Shown: positions 55,652 through 64,000, numbered from the stretch's first letter. The stretch: DNA of 64,000 bases from an uncultured Erysipelotrichaceae bacterium (GCA_902800905.1 CADCGC010000002.1:59774-123773); one strand, 5' to 3'. The notes: a model not told the origin generated them from the sequence alone. A program made the numbers and translations.

Positions 55652-56866
55652 ATGAAGAAAATTGTCTTTTTGACTAGAAAAGAGTCACCTCGATACGAGT
55701 ATTTAATGAGTATTCTTGAAGGAGAATATGAAGTTTTAGTTGCTACAGGAAGAGATGAAATTATAAAACTTCTCGACGAATCATTTAGTAAACTATCTGC
55801 TTTCATTATTGATAATCCTTCTCATGTTTTATGCATTGATGATTTATTTAAATTCATCCAAAGCAAAAACAGTTATATGTTCACTCTACCTATTCTTTTG
55901 CTTACCGACGAAGAAAACTCTGATAAAGATGACGCTTATTTATGTGATTTAGCAGTAGGAATGATTACCAAAGGAGAGAGTAAGAAAACTGTTCTTCAAA
56001 GAATCAAAAACACAATTACATTCTCAAGCTCAAGAAGCTTTGATGACTTCTCTGATATGCTTAAAGTCCTTCCTTCTTTAATTTATGTCAAAGACATTGA
56101 TGGAAGATACGCTTTCTGTTCTCAGCACTGGCATCACCTTACTAGACCAGGAGAATCCATTAGAGGTCTTACCGATTTTGATATTCGTAAAGATAAGAAT
56201 AACGCGAGGATCGCTCGTGAGTCTGATTTAAAGGTTATTGAAACCGGACAAGGGATGAACTATGTCATTAAAGAAGACACGGATGAAGGTATCGATTATC
56301 TTCAAGTCATTAAAGAACCTTTGAAGAATGAAAGAGGAGAGGTTACTGGTATTATTGCAATTATCAATAATGTTACTAACGAAGAACTTCTTAGACAGGA
56401 ATTAAGATATAAATCAATTACTGACCAATTAACAGGTGTCTTTAATCGTATGTATTTTGAAGAAGTGGCGAAGAAATATAAAGACAATCTCCCAACCCCA
56501 CTTACTTTAATTGCCGCGGACTGTGATGGTCTTAAGAAGATTAATGACAAATTTGGCCATGCAGCGGGCGACAAATACATTTGTTGGGCTAGAGACCTTC
56601 TAAAAGAATCTCTCCCTGAAGACTCTTTGCTCTTTAGAATGGGTGGAGATGAATTCATCGCTGTTGTTAAAAATACCGATAAGCTTAAGGCTGCGACTTA
56701 CGTCAAAAAGATCATGCATAACGCCAAAAAATATAAGAATGAAGACTTTATGCTTCGCATTTCTGTTGGAAGCTACACGATTACGAGAAAGACTCAATCG
56801 ATTGAAACCGCAATGGTGTTAAGTGACAAAGAAATGTACAAGATGAAGAAGTCACATAGGAAATAA
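55652..56866 (+). CDS. GGDEF-domain diguanylate cyclase with N-terminal receiver-like and PAS-like segments
   Basis: C-terminal LTGVFNRMYFEE...DCDGLKKINDKFGHAAGD...RMGGDEFIAV (intact GGDEF). Confidence 0.85.
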   Translation: MKKIVFLTRKESPRYEYLMSILEGEYEVLVATGRDEIIKLLDESFSKLSAFIIDNPSHVLCIDDLFKFIQSKNSYMFTLPILLLTDEENSDKDDAYLCDLAVGMITKGESKKTVLQRIKNTITFSSSRSFDDFSDMLKVLPSLIYVKDIDGRYAFCSQHWHHLTRPGESIRGLTDFDIRKDKNNARIARESDLKVIETGQGMNYVIKEDTDEGIDYLQVIKEPLKNERGEVTGIIAIINNVTNEELLRQELRYKSITDQLTGVFNRMYFEEVAKKYKDNLPTPLTLIAADCDGLKKINDKFGHAAGDKYICWARDLLKESLPEDSLLFRMGGDEFIAVVKNTDKLKAATYVKKIMHNAKKYKNEDFMLRISVGSYTITRKTQSIETAMVLSDKEMYKMKKSHRK

Positions 56867-56883
56867 GAAGTATTTGTGTTAAG

Positions 56884-56908
56884 GAGTTGGATTTTCCAAC
56901 TCTTTTTA
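56884..56908 (+). terminator. rho-independent terminator after the GGDEF gene
   Basis: GGAGTTGG-atttt-CCAACTC followed by TTTTT. Confidence 0.65.
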
Positions 56909-57024
56909 TAATCGCAATGCATTGTCATCAAGATAATGCAACAGGATTATTTATCCAATAAGGCAAAACAAAAAACGATTAAACAAAAGTTGTAATATTT
57001 TCATCCATAATATATGATTATTCT

Positions 57025-57522
57025 ATGAATAAAATCATTAATATTAAAAACAAAAAAGCAATTGTTGAAATTCAAAAGTTTAAAGACAAAAAATATTCTC
57101 TCATAGATATCAAGTTTGAAAATGTACATTTAAAAGACATTAATAAATACGTTCTTTTCGATTTGTTTGATAAAAATGATTTATATATTAATTCGACAAC
57201 TTTATGGGAACTAATGCAGCCAATTGGCAAATCTGGATCTCATAATTATCATAATTTGACTCCAGAAGATATTTACAATGCTTTGAATTCAATCATAGAA
57301 CCATATTGTGTTTTTAAAGTAAAAAACGATAGATATGCAGTTATACCAGTATATGTGTCTTCGTTCGATGAGCCTATATTGATTGTTATAGAAAAAGGTG
57401 CTGAGTTAATAAATAAGCAAAACGCAAATATAAACAAAATTGTAACTATGTATCCGAAAAGCGATATAGACAATTATTTAAAAGGAATCAATGAAAAAGA
57501 TATTATATACATAAAAAAATGA
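57025..57522 (+). CDS. hypothetical protein, very AT-rich orphan ORF (165 aa)
   Basis: Lys/Asn/Ile-rich with no motif recognised. It sits in an AT-rich stretch between two terminators and an unusually GC-rich 130-nt segment. Confidence 0.35.
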   Translation: MNKIINIKNKKAIVEIQKFKDKKYSLIDIKFENVHLKDINKYVLFDLFDKNDLYINSTTLWELMQPIGKSGSHNYHNLTPEDIYNALNSIIEPYCVFKVKNDRYAVIPVYVSSFDEPILIVIEKGAELINKQNANINKIVTMYPKSDIDNYLKGINEKDIIYIKK

Positions 57523-57699
57523 GAACCGAACGGGGCTCCAATTGCCACCTTGGATTCTCTACCGTTTGAAGATGTACCTTTTTATGGGCCCTGTCTTCTC
57601 TTCGCCACTCTTTTATAAAGCGTCTAGGTCAAGAGGCTATTTACAAATATAGCTTTGGCTAGCTACCTATATTATATATTGTTCGGGAGGAACTGCAAT

Positions 57700-58554
57700 A
57701 TGAAACAAGAACAAATTGGTCCAAAAATCAAAAAACTTAGAAAGAATAAAGGATTAACCCAAACCGAATTAGCGGATGCTCTAGGCTACTCTGGAAAATC
57801 TGCTATTGCTCATATTGAAAAAGGCGATGCTGATATGACTTATGAGAAGATCCTCCTTCTTTTAAGAACATATATGTTAGATGCTAACGAATTGTTTGAA
57901 GTCGAGAAGCTTGATAAGCAATTAGATGATTGGAGAACGGAACAAAGGAAAAACAAAAAAGTAGTGGTATATATTCATGGATTATATGGATCTGCTAACG
58001 AGGCCGAAAACTATTCTTATTTAAAAGATGAATATGATGTGGTTGGACTCGATTATCAAGACGGAAATCCTTGGGAGTTAGAAGATGCTATAAGAAACAA
58101 ATTCATAAAACTGACTAAAAGCTATAAAGAAGTAGTTATAATTGCCAATTCTATTGGAGCGTATTATGCATATGAATATCTAAGCGATTTTGATATCAAA
58201 CGAGCGTTCTTCATTTCTCCATTAGCGAGTATGTATCAAATTATATTAAACATAATGATGTCTAAAGACATATATTTAGAAGAACTAAAAGAACAAAGAT
58301 TAATTAATATAGATGATAAAACAACTATTTCTTATGAATACTTAAAATATCTAGAAAACCATAAAGATAATTGGGAAGTCCCAACTGAAATCTTATACGG
58401 TGAAAGAGATAATGTTGTTTACATTGAGAATATTGCGGATTTTTTGGCAGATCACCCTAATGCTAGATTGACAATTAAAAAAGGGGCAGAACATTATTTC
58501 CATACCCCTGATGAAAAAGATTTTATTAAGAACTGGATTTTAAGAAATCTCTAA
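57700..58554 (+). CDS. XRE-family HTH domain fused to an alpha/beta-hydrolase fold domain
   Basis: Start trimmed to MKQEQ behind GGGAGG. HTH IKKLRKNKGLTQTELADALGYSGKSAIAHIEKG. Hydrolase segment VVVYIHGLYGS...IIANSIGAYYA (GxSxG-like ANSIG). Confidence 0.6.
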   Translation: MKQEQIGPKIKKLRKNKGLTQTELADALGYSGKSAIAHIEKGDADMTYEKILLLLRTYMLDANELFEVEKLDKQLDDWRTEQRKNKKVVVYIHGLYGSANEAENYSYLKDEYDVVGLDYQDGNPWELEDAIRNKFIKLTKSYKEVVIIANSIGAYYAYEYLSDFDIKRAFFISPLASMYQIILNIMMSKDIYLEELKEQRLINIDDKTTISYEYLKYLENHKDNWEVPTEILYGERDNVVYIENIADFLADHPNARLTIKKGAEHYFHTPDEKDFIKNWILRNL

Positions 58555-59744
58555 TCTTCTGAATAATTTGTGAAGTATCCTTGAACTAAAACAACAGGAG
58601 TTCCCTTGTCTCCGGATCCACTGGTTAAATCACATAAGGAACCAATTAAGTCCGTTAATTGACGAGGAGTGGTGCCTTGGGAGGCCATGTTACCTACTAG
58701 GCTACCCTCTTTTTCTTTAATCTTCTTTTTAATTGCGAGTCTAAGTTCTTCGCCTTTCAAATCTTTGAATTCGTTATCAGCGAGGAATTTAAGCTTCAAT
58801 TCATTTGGTGTTCCTCTTAAACCTTCTGTAAAGAAAGGAGAAACGACCGGATCGGCGAGTTCCCAAATCTTTCCTTGTGGGTCTTTGAACGCTCCATCGC
58901 CATAGACCATGACTTCAACGTGCTTACCAGTTTTCTCTAAAATTTGTTTTTGGATATTTTCAACGAGTGGCTGTCCGTCTCTAGGGAAGAGCTTAACAAC
59001 TTCTTCTGTTGATTTATTAGAACCTAGTAAGCCATATTTTTCGTTATATCCGCTTCCATTAACTGGAGCGTTTAAGATATCATCCATACCTAAAACAATC
59101 TTTGCACCTTTTTCTTTTAAAATACGTTTCGTGCGGTTTCTTGTATGGATATCGCATGTTAAAACCTTATCTGTGTAGTTAAGAATGGTCTTAGCTTGGT
59201 TAGCAAAAATAACTTCAACTTCGCATCCTTCTTTCTTAATTAAATCGACATAGTAATCGATATAATCAACACCAGTGAATTCATGGACTTTGTGTCCAAA
59301 GAGTTCGCGATATTTCTTTAAATCAAGGACATCGCTATATGGATTGACACCCTTTTCATCTAATTCATCATAGGTGAGTAAAGCGTTTCCAACTTCATCA
59401 CTTGGATATGAGAGCATTAAATAAATTTTATTTACCCCTCTAGCAATACCTTTAAGAAGGATAGCAAATCTATTTCTTGAAAGGATTGGGAAGATAACTC
59501 CAATATCTCCTCCACCAAATTTGTTTTTAACATCAGTAGCAATGTCATCAACTCTTGCGTAGTTTCCTTGGCTACGAGCAACAACACTTTCAGTGATAGC
59601 AATAACGTCTCTATCATTGATAGGGAATGGTTCGTTTTCACTAGCGGCAAGAACGCTTGAAACGACGAGAGTCGCTAAATCATCACCTTGTTTGATAATT
59701 GGGAGTCTAATTCCTCTTGATATTGTTCCAACGTATTTAGACAT
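58551..59744 (-). CDS. F420-0:gamma-glutamyl ligase (CofE)-like domain protein, non-F420 context
   Basis: 397 aa. The N-terminus GIRLPIIKQGDDLATLV..DRDVIAITESVVARSQG and the C-terminus LCDLTSGSGDKGTPVVLVQGY resemble the CofE/PF01996 fold. Recognition is from memory only. Confidence 0.4.
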   Translation of the reverse strand: MSKYVGTISRGIRLPIIKQGDDLATLVVSSVLAASENEPFPINDRDVIAITESVVARSQGNYARVDDIATDVKNKFGGGDIGVIFPILSRNRFAILLKGIARGVNKIYLMLSYPSDEVGNALLTYDELDEKGVNPYSDVLDLKKYRELFGHKVHEFTGVDYIDYYVDLIKKEGCEVEVIFANQAKTILNYTDKVLTCDIHTRNRTKRILKEKGAKIVLGMDDILNAPVNGSGYNEKYGLLGSNKSTEEVVKLFPRDGQPLVENIQKQILEKTGKHVEVMVYGDGAFKDPQGKIWELADPVVSPFFTEGLRGTPNELKLKFLADNEFKDLKGEELRLAIKKKIKEKEGSLVGNMASQGTTPRQLTDLIGSLCDLTSGSGDKGTPVVLVQGYFTNYSED

Positions 59745-59747
59745 AAC

Positions 59748-61163
59748 TTAATCCTTCTTTTCAATTATGTTTCTAGCGATGTATATTCCACAGGCACTGG
59801 CTTGTGCAAGACCTCTAGTAAGTCCTGCTCCATCACCTGCTACGTATAAGTTCTTTATACCTTTAACTTCTAATTTCTTATCCATATCTGGGTGAGCACT
59901 ATAATACTTGGCTTCAACACCATATAAAAGAGTGTGCTCGGTAGCGATACCTGGAGTGATTTTATCTAAGACTTCAATCATTTCAATAATTGATCTCATT
60001 GTTTTATATGGTAAAGCAAGGGCTAAATCGCCAGGGACAGCCTCTTTTAAGGTTGGCCTAACAAATCCTTCGTTAATTCTTTTTACGGTACTTCTTCTAC
60101 CTAATTTGATGTCTCCGTATTTTTGAACAATGACCGAACCACAGGCAAGTTGATTCGCTAAAGAAGAAACTTTTAAAGCGTATTCATTAGGTTTCTTGAA
60201 TGGTTCTTCAAATTTATGAGAAACAAGTAAGGCAAAGTTTGTGTTATTACTTGAGTATTTGGAATTGTTATAGGAGTGGCCATTAACATTAACAACACCT
60301 TCATAGTTTTCCATAACAACGTGTCCACCTGGGTTAGAACAGAATGTTCTGACTGTGGAGCCTACAGATGTCTTATAGACAAACTTTCCTTCGTATAGGT
60401 TTTCATTAATTTCTTCCATAACGAGGTTTGGACATTCAACACGAACACCGATATCAACTTGAGTTTGTGTCATTGGAATTTGGTATCTATCAAATAGTTC
60501 GTTAAGCCATTTAGAGCCTTCTCTTCCAACACCCAAAACGACGTATTTAGCCTCAAGAACCTCACCGTTTTCAAGTTTGACACCTTTTACGACATTATTC
60601 TCATCGATGATATCTATCACTTTAGTGGAGAATCTCATATCAATCTTTTCTTTTAAATGGTCATATATTCTAGAAAGAATTTTGAGGTTTTCTTCTGTAC
60701 CTAAGTGTCTAACTTTACTTCTAAGAAGTTTGACACCGACAGACATCGCTCTTCTTTCAATTTCTCTAACTTTATCAGTTTCTGGATTGGTAATGACTTC
60801 AGTCGCACCAAAAGAAAGGTTGATTTTATCAACGTAATCAATGATGTCCATTAATTCTTCTGGACTCATGTAATCTATCAGCCAACCACCGAATTCGGTA
60901 GTAATATTAAACTTTCCATCAGAGTATGCGCCCGCCCCTCCAAATCCGTTGGTGATTGAACAAGCTGGGAAGCACTCTCTATAGCCCTTTTGACTAATTG
61001 GGCAACGGTCAATTTTGTGTTCTAAAACTGGGCAATGTCTTTCATAAATATTCTTACCTCTATCAAGGAGAAGAATTTTAAGGTCGCTTCTCTTATGAGC
61101 GAGCTCGTAAGCACACATGTATCCACTTGGGCCGGCGCCTACAATTATGACATCGTATTTCAT
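59748..61163 (-). CDS. FAD-dependent dehydrogenase (COG2509-like uncharacterised family)
   Basis: Start trimmed to MKYDVIIVGAGPSG (Rossmann GxGxxG) behind a G-rich RBS. C-terminal YVAGDGAGLTRGLAQASACG. Co-oriented with the CofE-like gene, 3 nt apart. Confidence 0.6.
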   Translation of the reverse strand: MKYDVIIVGAGPSGYMCAYELAHKRSDLKILLLDRGKNIYERHCPVLEHKIDRCPISQKGYRECFPACSITNGFGGAGAYSDGKFNITTEFGGWLIDYMSPEELMDIIDYVDKINLSFGATEVITNPETDKVREIERRAMSVGVKLLRSKVRHLGTEENLKILSRIYDHLKEKIDMRFSTKVIDIIDENNVVKGVKLENGEVLEAKYVVLGVGREGSKWLNELFDRYQIPMTQTQVDIGVRVECPNLVMEEINENLYEGKFVYKTSVGSTVRTFCSNPGGHVVMENYEGVVNVNGHSYNNSKYSSNNTNFALLVSHKFEEPFKKPNEYALKVSSLANQLACGSVIVQKYGDIKLGRRSTVKRINEGFVRPTLKEAVPGDLALALPYKTMRSIIEMIEVLDKITPGIATEHTLLYGVEAKYYSAHPDMDKKLEVKGIKNLYVAGDGAGLTRGLAQASACGIYIARNIIEKKD

Positions 61164-61287
61164 AGTGAATTCCCCCCTAGAAAACACCATAAAATTATAA
61201 CATTTCCTCCTTATCTTTTATATAGAAAGTCTTATTATTTTATCTTTGTCTTGGAATTATCTTTTTTTGATACAATAATAGTTGCGT

Positions 61288-62343
61288 ATGGATGTTAATA
61301 AAGTTATTAATGAGTTTGCTTTATCTAGTGAAATGACTAGTTATAGACCACTTGGAAATGGTCTTATTAACACAACGTTTTTAATCATCACCAAAGATGG
61401 CAATAAATATGTTCTTCAAAGAATTAATACAGAAGCTTTTAAAAATGTTGATGGCTTAATGTCTAACATTTATGAAGTGACAAGTTTTCTTTTAAAAAAA
61501 GGACAAAAAACTCTCGAGATTATTAAGACAAAAGACAATAAATTATATTTTGAATGTGAAGAAGGATGTTTTCGCGTTTATAAATATATTGATATTGCAG
61601 TCACATATGAAGGTGTAAGTGACTTAAATATTGTGTATAAAGCCGCTAAAGCATTTGGCGAACTTCATAAAACACTTAAAGAATATGATGGGCCTTCGTT
61701 AGTGGAAACCATCCCTCATTTTCATGATACAAAAAAGAGATACCAAAACTTTTTAAATGCAATCAAAGAAGACAATCACCAAAGAGTGGAATCTTGCCTT
61801 AAAGAAATTGAATCCATCAAGAAATATCAAAATGAATATTCAAAAGTAGTGGATGGAATTAAAGAAGGAAGAGTGAGTAACGCTGTTACGCATAACGATC
61901 CAAAGATTAATAACGTTATGTTTGATAAAGAAACTGGAGATTTTGTTGCGGTTATTGACTTAGACACGATTATGCCAGGTAGTTATTTATATGACTTTGG
62001 CGATGCGTTAAGAAGCTTATTCACTGGAGAATATGAAGATAGTAAAGACTTATCGAAGATAAATATTAAATATGATGTTTTTGAAGCATACGTTAAAGGA
62101 TATTTGGAAGAAATGAAAGATGCTTTAACGGAGTACGAAAAAGAATTGTTATCATTTTCTGCTTTCTTGATGACAATAGAGGTTGCAATGAGGTTCTTAG
62201 AAGATTATTTAAGAGGAGATGTTTATTTCCACACTGAATATCCTGAACACAATCTTGTCAGAGCAAGAACCCAAATCAAACTCGCTAATGAAATATATCA
62301 GTCTTTTGATAAATTGAATCTTATTGTTAAAAAATACTTATAA
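61288..62343 (+). CDS. APH/choline-kinase-fold sugar kinase, candidate N-acetylhexosamine 1-kinase (NahK-like)
   Basis: Start trimmed to ATG (MDVNKV; the ORF track used an upstream TTG). Brenner-type catalytic loop HNDPKINNVMFD and DLDT..PGSYLYDFGD. ~350 aa, as in NahK. Confidence 0.5.
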   Translation: MDVNKVINEFALSSEMTSYRPLGNGLINTTFLIITKDGNKYVLQRINTEAFKNVDGLMSNIYEVTSFLLKKGQKTLEIIKTKDNKLYFECEEGCFRVYKYIDIAVTYEGVSDLNIVYKAAKAFGELHKTLKEYDGPSLVETIPHFHDTKKRYQNFLNAIKEDNHQRVESCLKEIESIKKYQNEYSKVVDGIKEGRVSNAVTHNDPKINNVMFDKETGDFVAVIDLDTIMPGSYLYDFGDALRSLFTGEYEDSKDLSKINIKYDVFEAYVKGYLEEMKDALTEYEKELLSFSAFLMTIEVAMRFLEDYLRGDVYFHTEYPEHNLVRARTQIKLANEIYQSFDKLNLIVKKYL

Positions 62344-62425
62344 GTTGTAAACAATTTTAAATGTTTCTTTTTTGTTTACGCATTCATCAATTTGTTTACT
62401 AAAACAGAGATTAAAATAGAGTTAT

Positions 62426-63343
62426 ATGAAAAACAAACTTTATTTATTTTTACTTTCTCCAATTCTCTTTTCTGTCATTGGGTGTGGTGGTGATTCTAGT
62501 CCTAAACCAGTGGATGTTGTGATTATTTCAGGACAATCTAATGGAGTAGGCTGTACATGGTGTAACCAAATCGAAGGTTGTCCGTCTTTAGGCTCAGAAA
62601 AATATAATGAATATTTTAATGGATATTCTGATGTCCAAATCGCTTATGATTGTTGGACAAAAGATTGGCCAGCATCAGGAATTACTTTCTATTCTCAAAA
62701 CACATCAAGAAATAACAACTTTGTCCCTGTGAAATTAGGTCAAGGGAATGGCACTCATTCATTTGGACCAGAGATTGGAATTGCAGAAGAACTACATGAA
62801 GAATATGGAAATAGATTATTCTTAATCAAATTTGCCTGTGGTGGTAGTAACCTCAAAGATGATTGGATGAAAAAAGAAGATTCTCCGATGTATAACAAGT
62901 TTATTGACTATGTCAAACTTCAAATTGAGCACCTTAAAAAGAAAGGCTACATCCCGACAATAAAGGCATTATGTTGGATGCAGGGTGAAGGTGATTCATA
63001 CTATGGCTATTATCAAACATATCGAGCCAATACTAGGAAGTTTGTTACTGATTTAAGAACTGACTTAAGAGAATATTGTGGAGATAGAGAATTTGCCTTT
63101 ATCGACGCTGGCATTAATAACAATGGAGCAAGATGGCAGTACTGGAAACAAGTTAACGACGCGAAGATGGCGTTCGCTGAGGAAAGTGATAATAACTTCT
63201 ATATCGATACCATAGGAGCGGGCATGCACACTAACCAAGAGCCAGTTGGAAATGTTGACGCTGATCACTATGATTCAGAATCAGAAGTTCTATTAGGACA
63301 CTTATTTGCTCAAACATTTAAACAATTCCTATCAGACAAATAG
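62426..63343 (+). CDS. lipoprotein with SASA-type carbohydrate esterase domain (sialate O-acetylesterase-like, SGNH/DUF303)
   Basis: Lipobox SVIGCGG. Catalytic-Ser block VVIISGQSNGVG near the N-terminus and C-terminal D..H, typical of the PF03629 family. Confidence 0.6.
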   Translation: MKNKLYLFLLSPILFSVIGCGGDSSPKPVDVVIISGQSNGVGCTWCNQIEGCPSLGSEKYNEYFNGYSDVQIAYDCWTKDWPASGITFYSQNTSRNNNFVPVKLGQGNGTHSFGPEIGIAEELHEEYGNRLFLIKFACGGSNLKDDWMKKEDSPMYNKFIDYVKLQIEHLKKKGYIPTIKALCWMQGEGDSYYGYYQTYRANTRKFVTDLRTDLREYCGDREFAFIDAGINNNGARWQYWKQVNDAKMAFAEESDNNFYIDTIGAGMHTNQEPVGNVDADHYDSESEVLLGHLFAQTFKQFLSDK

Positions 63344-63355
63344 AATAAAACACTA

Positions 63356-63383
63356 AGAGATGCAAGAAACCATCTCTTTTTGT
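63356..63383 (+). terminator. rho-independent terminator after the SASA lipoprotein gene
   Basis: AGAGATG-caagaaac-CATCTCT followed by TTTTTG. Confidence 0.65.
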
Positions 63384-63408
63384 TTGTTTATATAAATATA
63401 AGGAGTGC

Positions 63409-63438
63409 TTGTTAACTGGTTTTACTATTTGTTAACAA
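63409..63438. promoter_or_regulatory. 8-bp perfect inverted repeat TTGTTAAC-N14-GTTAACAA upstream of the phosphohexomutase gene (candidate operator)
   Basis: Read directly from the sequence. Each half-site contains the palindrome GTTAAC. Confidence 0.3.
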
Positions 63439-63480
63439 AAATGTTTATTATTTAAGAGATAACAAGAATAAAATTGAATT

Positions 63481-64000
63481 ATGAATAATATCGAAGAACT
63501 TTACCAAAAATGGTTACGTCATGCGAAAGATGATAAAGACCTAATTTTAGAATTAGAGCAAATTAAAAATAACGAAAATAAAAAAGAAGATGCCTTCTAC
63601 CGTGAATTAGAATTTGGCACTGGTGGACTCCGCGGAGTAATTGGAGCGGGCACCAATAGAATGAATATCTATGTCATTAGAAAAGCGTCTCAAGGATTAG
63701 CAAATTACGTTAAGAAGCATTATCAAAATCCAAGTATTGCAATAAGCTATGATTCAAGAATTAAAAGCGACTTATTTTCAAGAACTGCCGCTGAAGTTTT
63801 TGCATCTAATGGCATTAAAGTCTTTATATATAAAGAATTAGAACCAACCCCATGCTTAAGCTATGCGGTTAGAGAACTACATACTTCTGCCGGCATTATG
63901 GTAACAGCGTCACATAATCCATCAAAATATAACGGATATAAAGTGTATGGTGATGATGGATGTCAAATTACTACAGCCGCTGCTAAAGAGATAACTGAAG
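63481..64000 (+). CDS. phosphoglucomutase/phosphomannomutase (alpha-D-phosphohexomutase, PgcA-like), 3' end outside window
   Basis: Absent from the ORF track because it is truncated. From ATG 63481: MNNIEELYQKWL...GTGGLRGVIGAGTNRMN... and the active-site loop TASHNPSKYNGYKVYGDDG. Confidence 0.85.
   Translation, partial: MNNIEELYQKWLRHAKDDKDLILELEQIKNNENKKEDAFYRELEFGTGGLRGVIGAGTNRMNIYVIRKASQGLANYVKKHYQNPSIAISYDSRIKSDLFSRTAAEVFASNGIKVFIYKELEPTPCLSYAVRELHTSAGIMVTASHNPSKYNGYKVYGDDGCQITTAAAKEITE

Noticed and set aside
57525-57660. Looked for a tRNA, tmRNA or att core in the GC-rich intergenic segment
   Set aside because: On neither strand could I find an acceptor/T-arm arrangement or a GGTTCGAATCC-like T-loop. 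It is kept only as an unexplained compositional anomaly in the findings, not as an RNA gene.
61190-61215. Mini-ORF ATG-TTA-TAA preceded by AAGGAGG upstream of the FAD dehydrogenase gene (minus strand)
   Set aside because: The SD-to-ATG spacing is only 2 nt. A real RBS/ATG for the dehydrogenase lies 20 nt further on. It is most likely a coincidental SD-like run in a divergent promoter region.
1-64000. CRISPR arrays, insertion sequences, integrases, rRNA or tRNA genes
   Set aside because: No direct-repeat/spacer periodicity, no transposase- or integrase-like ORF, and no rRNA or tRNA signatures were seen anywhere in the window. The only repeats found are intragenic protein-domain duplications.

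Overview
The window is low-GC (roughly mid-30s % by eye) and uses the standard genetic code (TGG for Trp, TGA as a stop). Most exported proteins are lipoproteins whose signal peptide ends in a Cys lipobox. This is consistent with an Acholeplasma-like Mollicute or a related low-GC Firmicute (inference). I see no rRNA, tRNA, CRISPR array or obvious transposase; the window is almost entirely glycan-foraging accessory DNA.

Main blocks, start to end:
1. Bases 1-5400: an operon of a GH112 galactosyl-HexNAc phosphorylase and a GH130 mannoside phosphorylase, a convergent MalK/MsmX-type ABC ATPase, and an FucU/RbsD mutarotase.
2. Bases 5400-15700: an RDD-family membrane protein, a 917-aa multi-repeat surface lipoprotein, a GH2 beta-mannosidase, and convergent GH78-like and GH95-like glycosidases.
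3. Bases 15800-30700: one roughly 15-kb operon. It encodes two sugar ABC permeases but no ATPase, a membrane-anchored surface protein, a lipoprotein solute-binding protein, three paralogues of an enzyme-like family I cannot name, a 1437-aa surface protein carrying repeated WWGFG beta-sandwich modules, and a lipoprotein combining Cys/His-rich repeats with a CX5R protein-tyrosine-phosphatase-fold domain. This is my best candidate for an undescribed surface glycan-capture system.
4. Bases 30800-34400: a flotillin, a GNAT acetyltransferase and a K+ channel.
5. Bases 34500-48100: a starch/maltodextrin utilisation locus (starch-binding lipoprotein, alpha-amylase, pullulanase, MalK-like ATPase with a long C-terminal extension, RDD protein, MalEFG).
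6. Bases 48200-56900: an ArsB/NhaD-like permease, an esterase, a split AcnX (type IIa) dehydratase pair with a 2-enoate/2,4-dienoyl-CoA-reductase-like flavoprotein, and an HD-GYP plus GGDEF c-di-GMP pair.
7. Bases 57000-64000: an AT-rich orphan gene, an XRE-HTH fused to an alpha/beta hydrolase, a CofE-like protein with a COG2509-type FAD dehydrogenase, an APH/NahK-like sugar kinase, a SASA-domain (sialate O-acetylesterase-like) lipoprotein, and the 5' part of a phosphoglucomutase/phosphomannomutase gene.

CDS coordinates follow the supplied ORF track, with starts trimmed to the Shine-Dalgarno-supported ATG where noted. Coordinates of motifs and intergenic elements that I counted by hand may be off by 1-2 nt.
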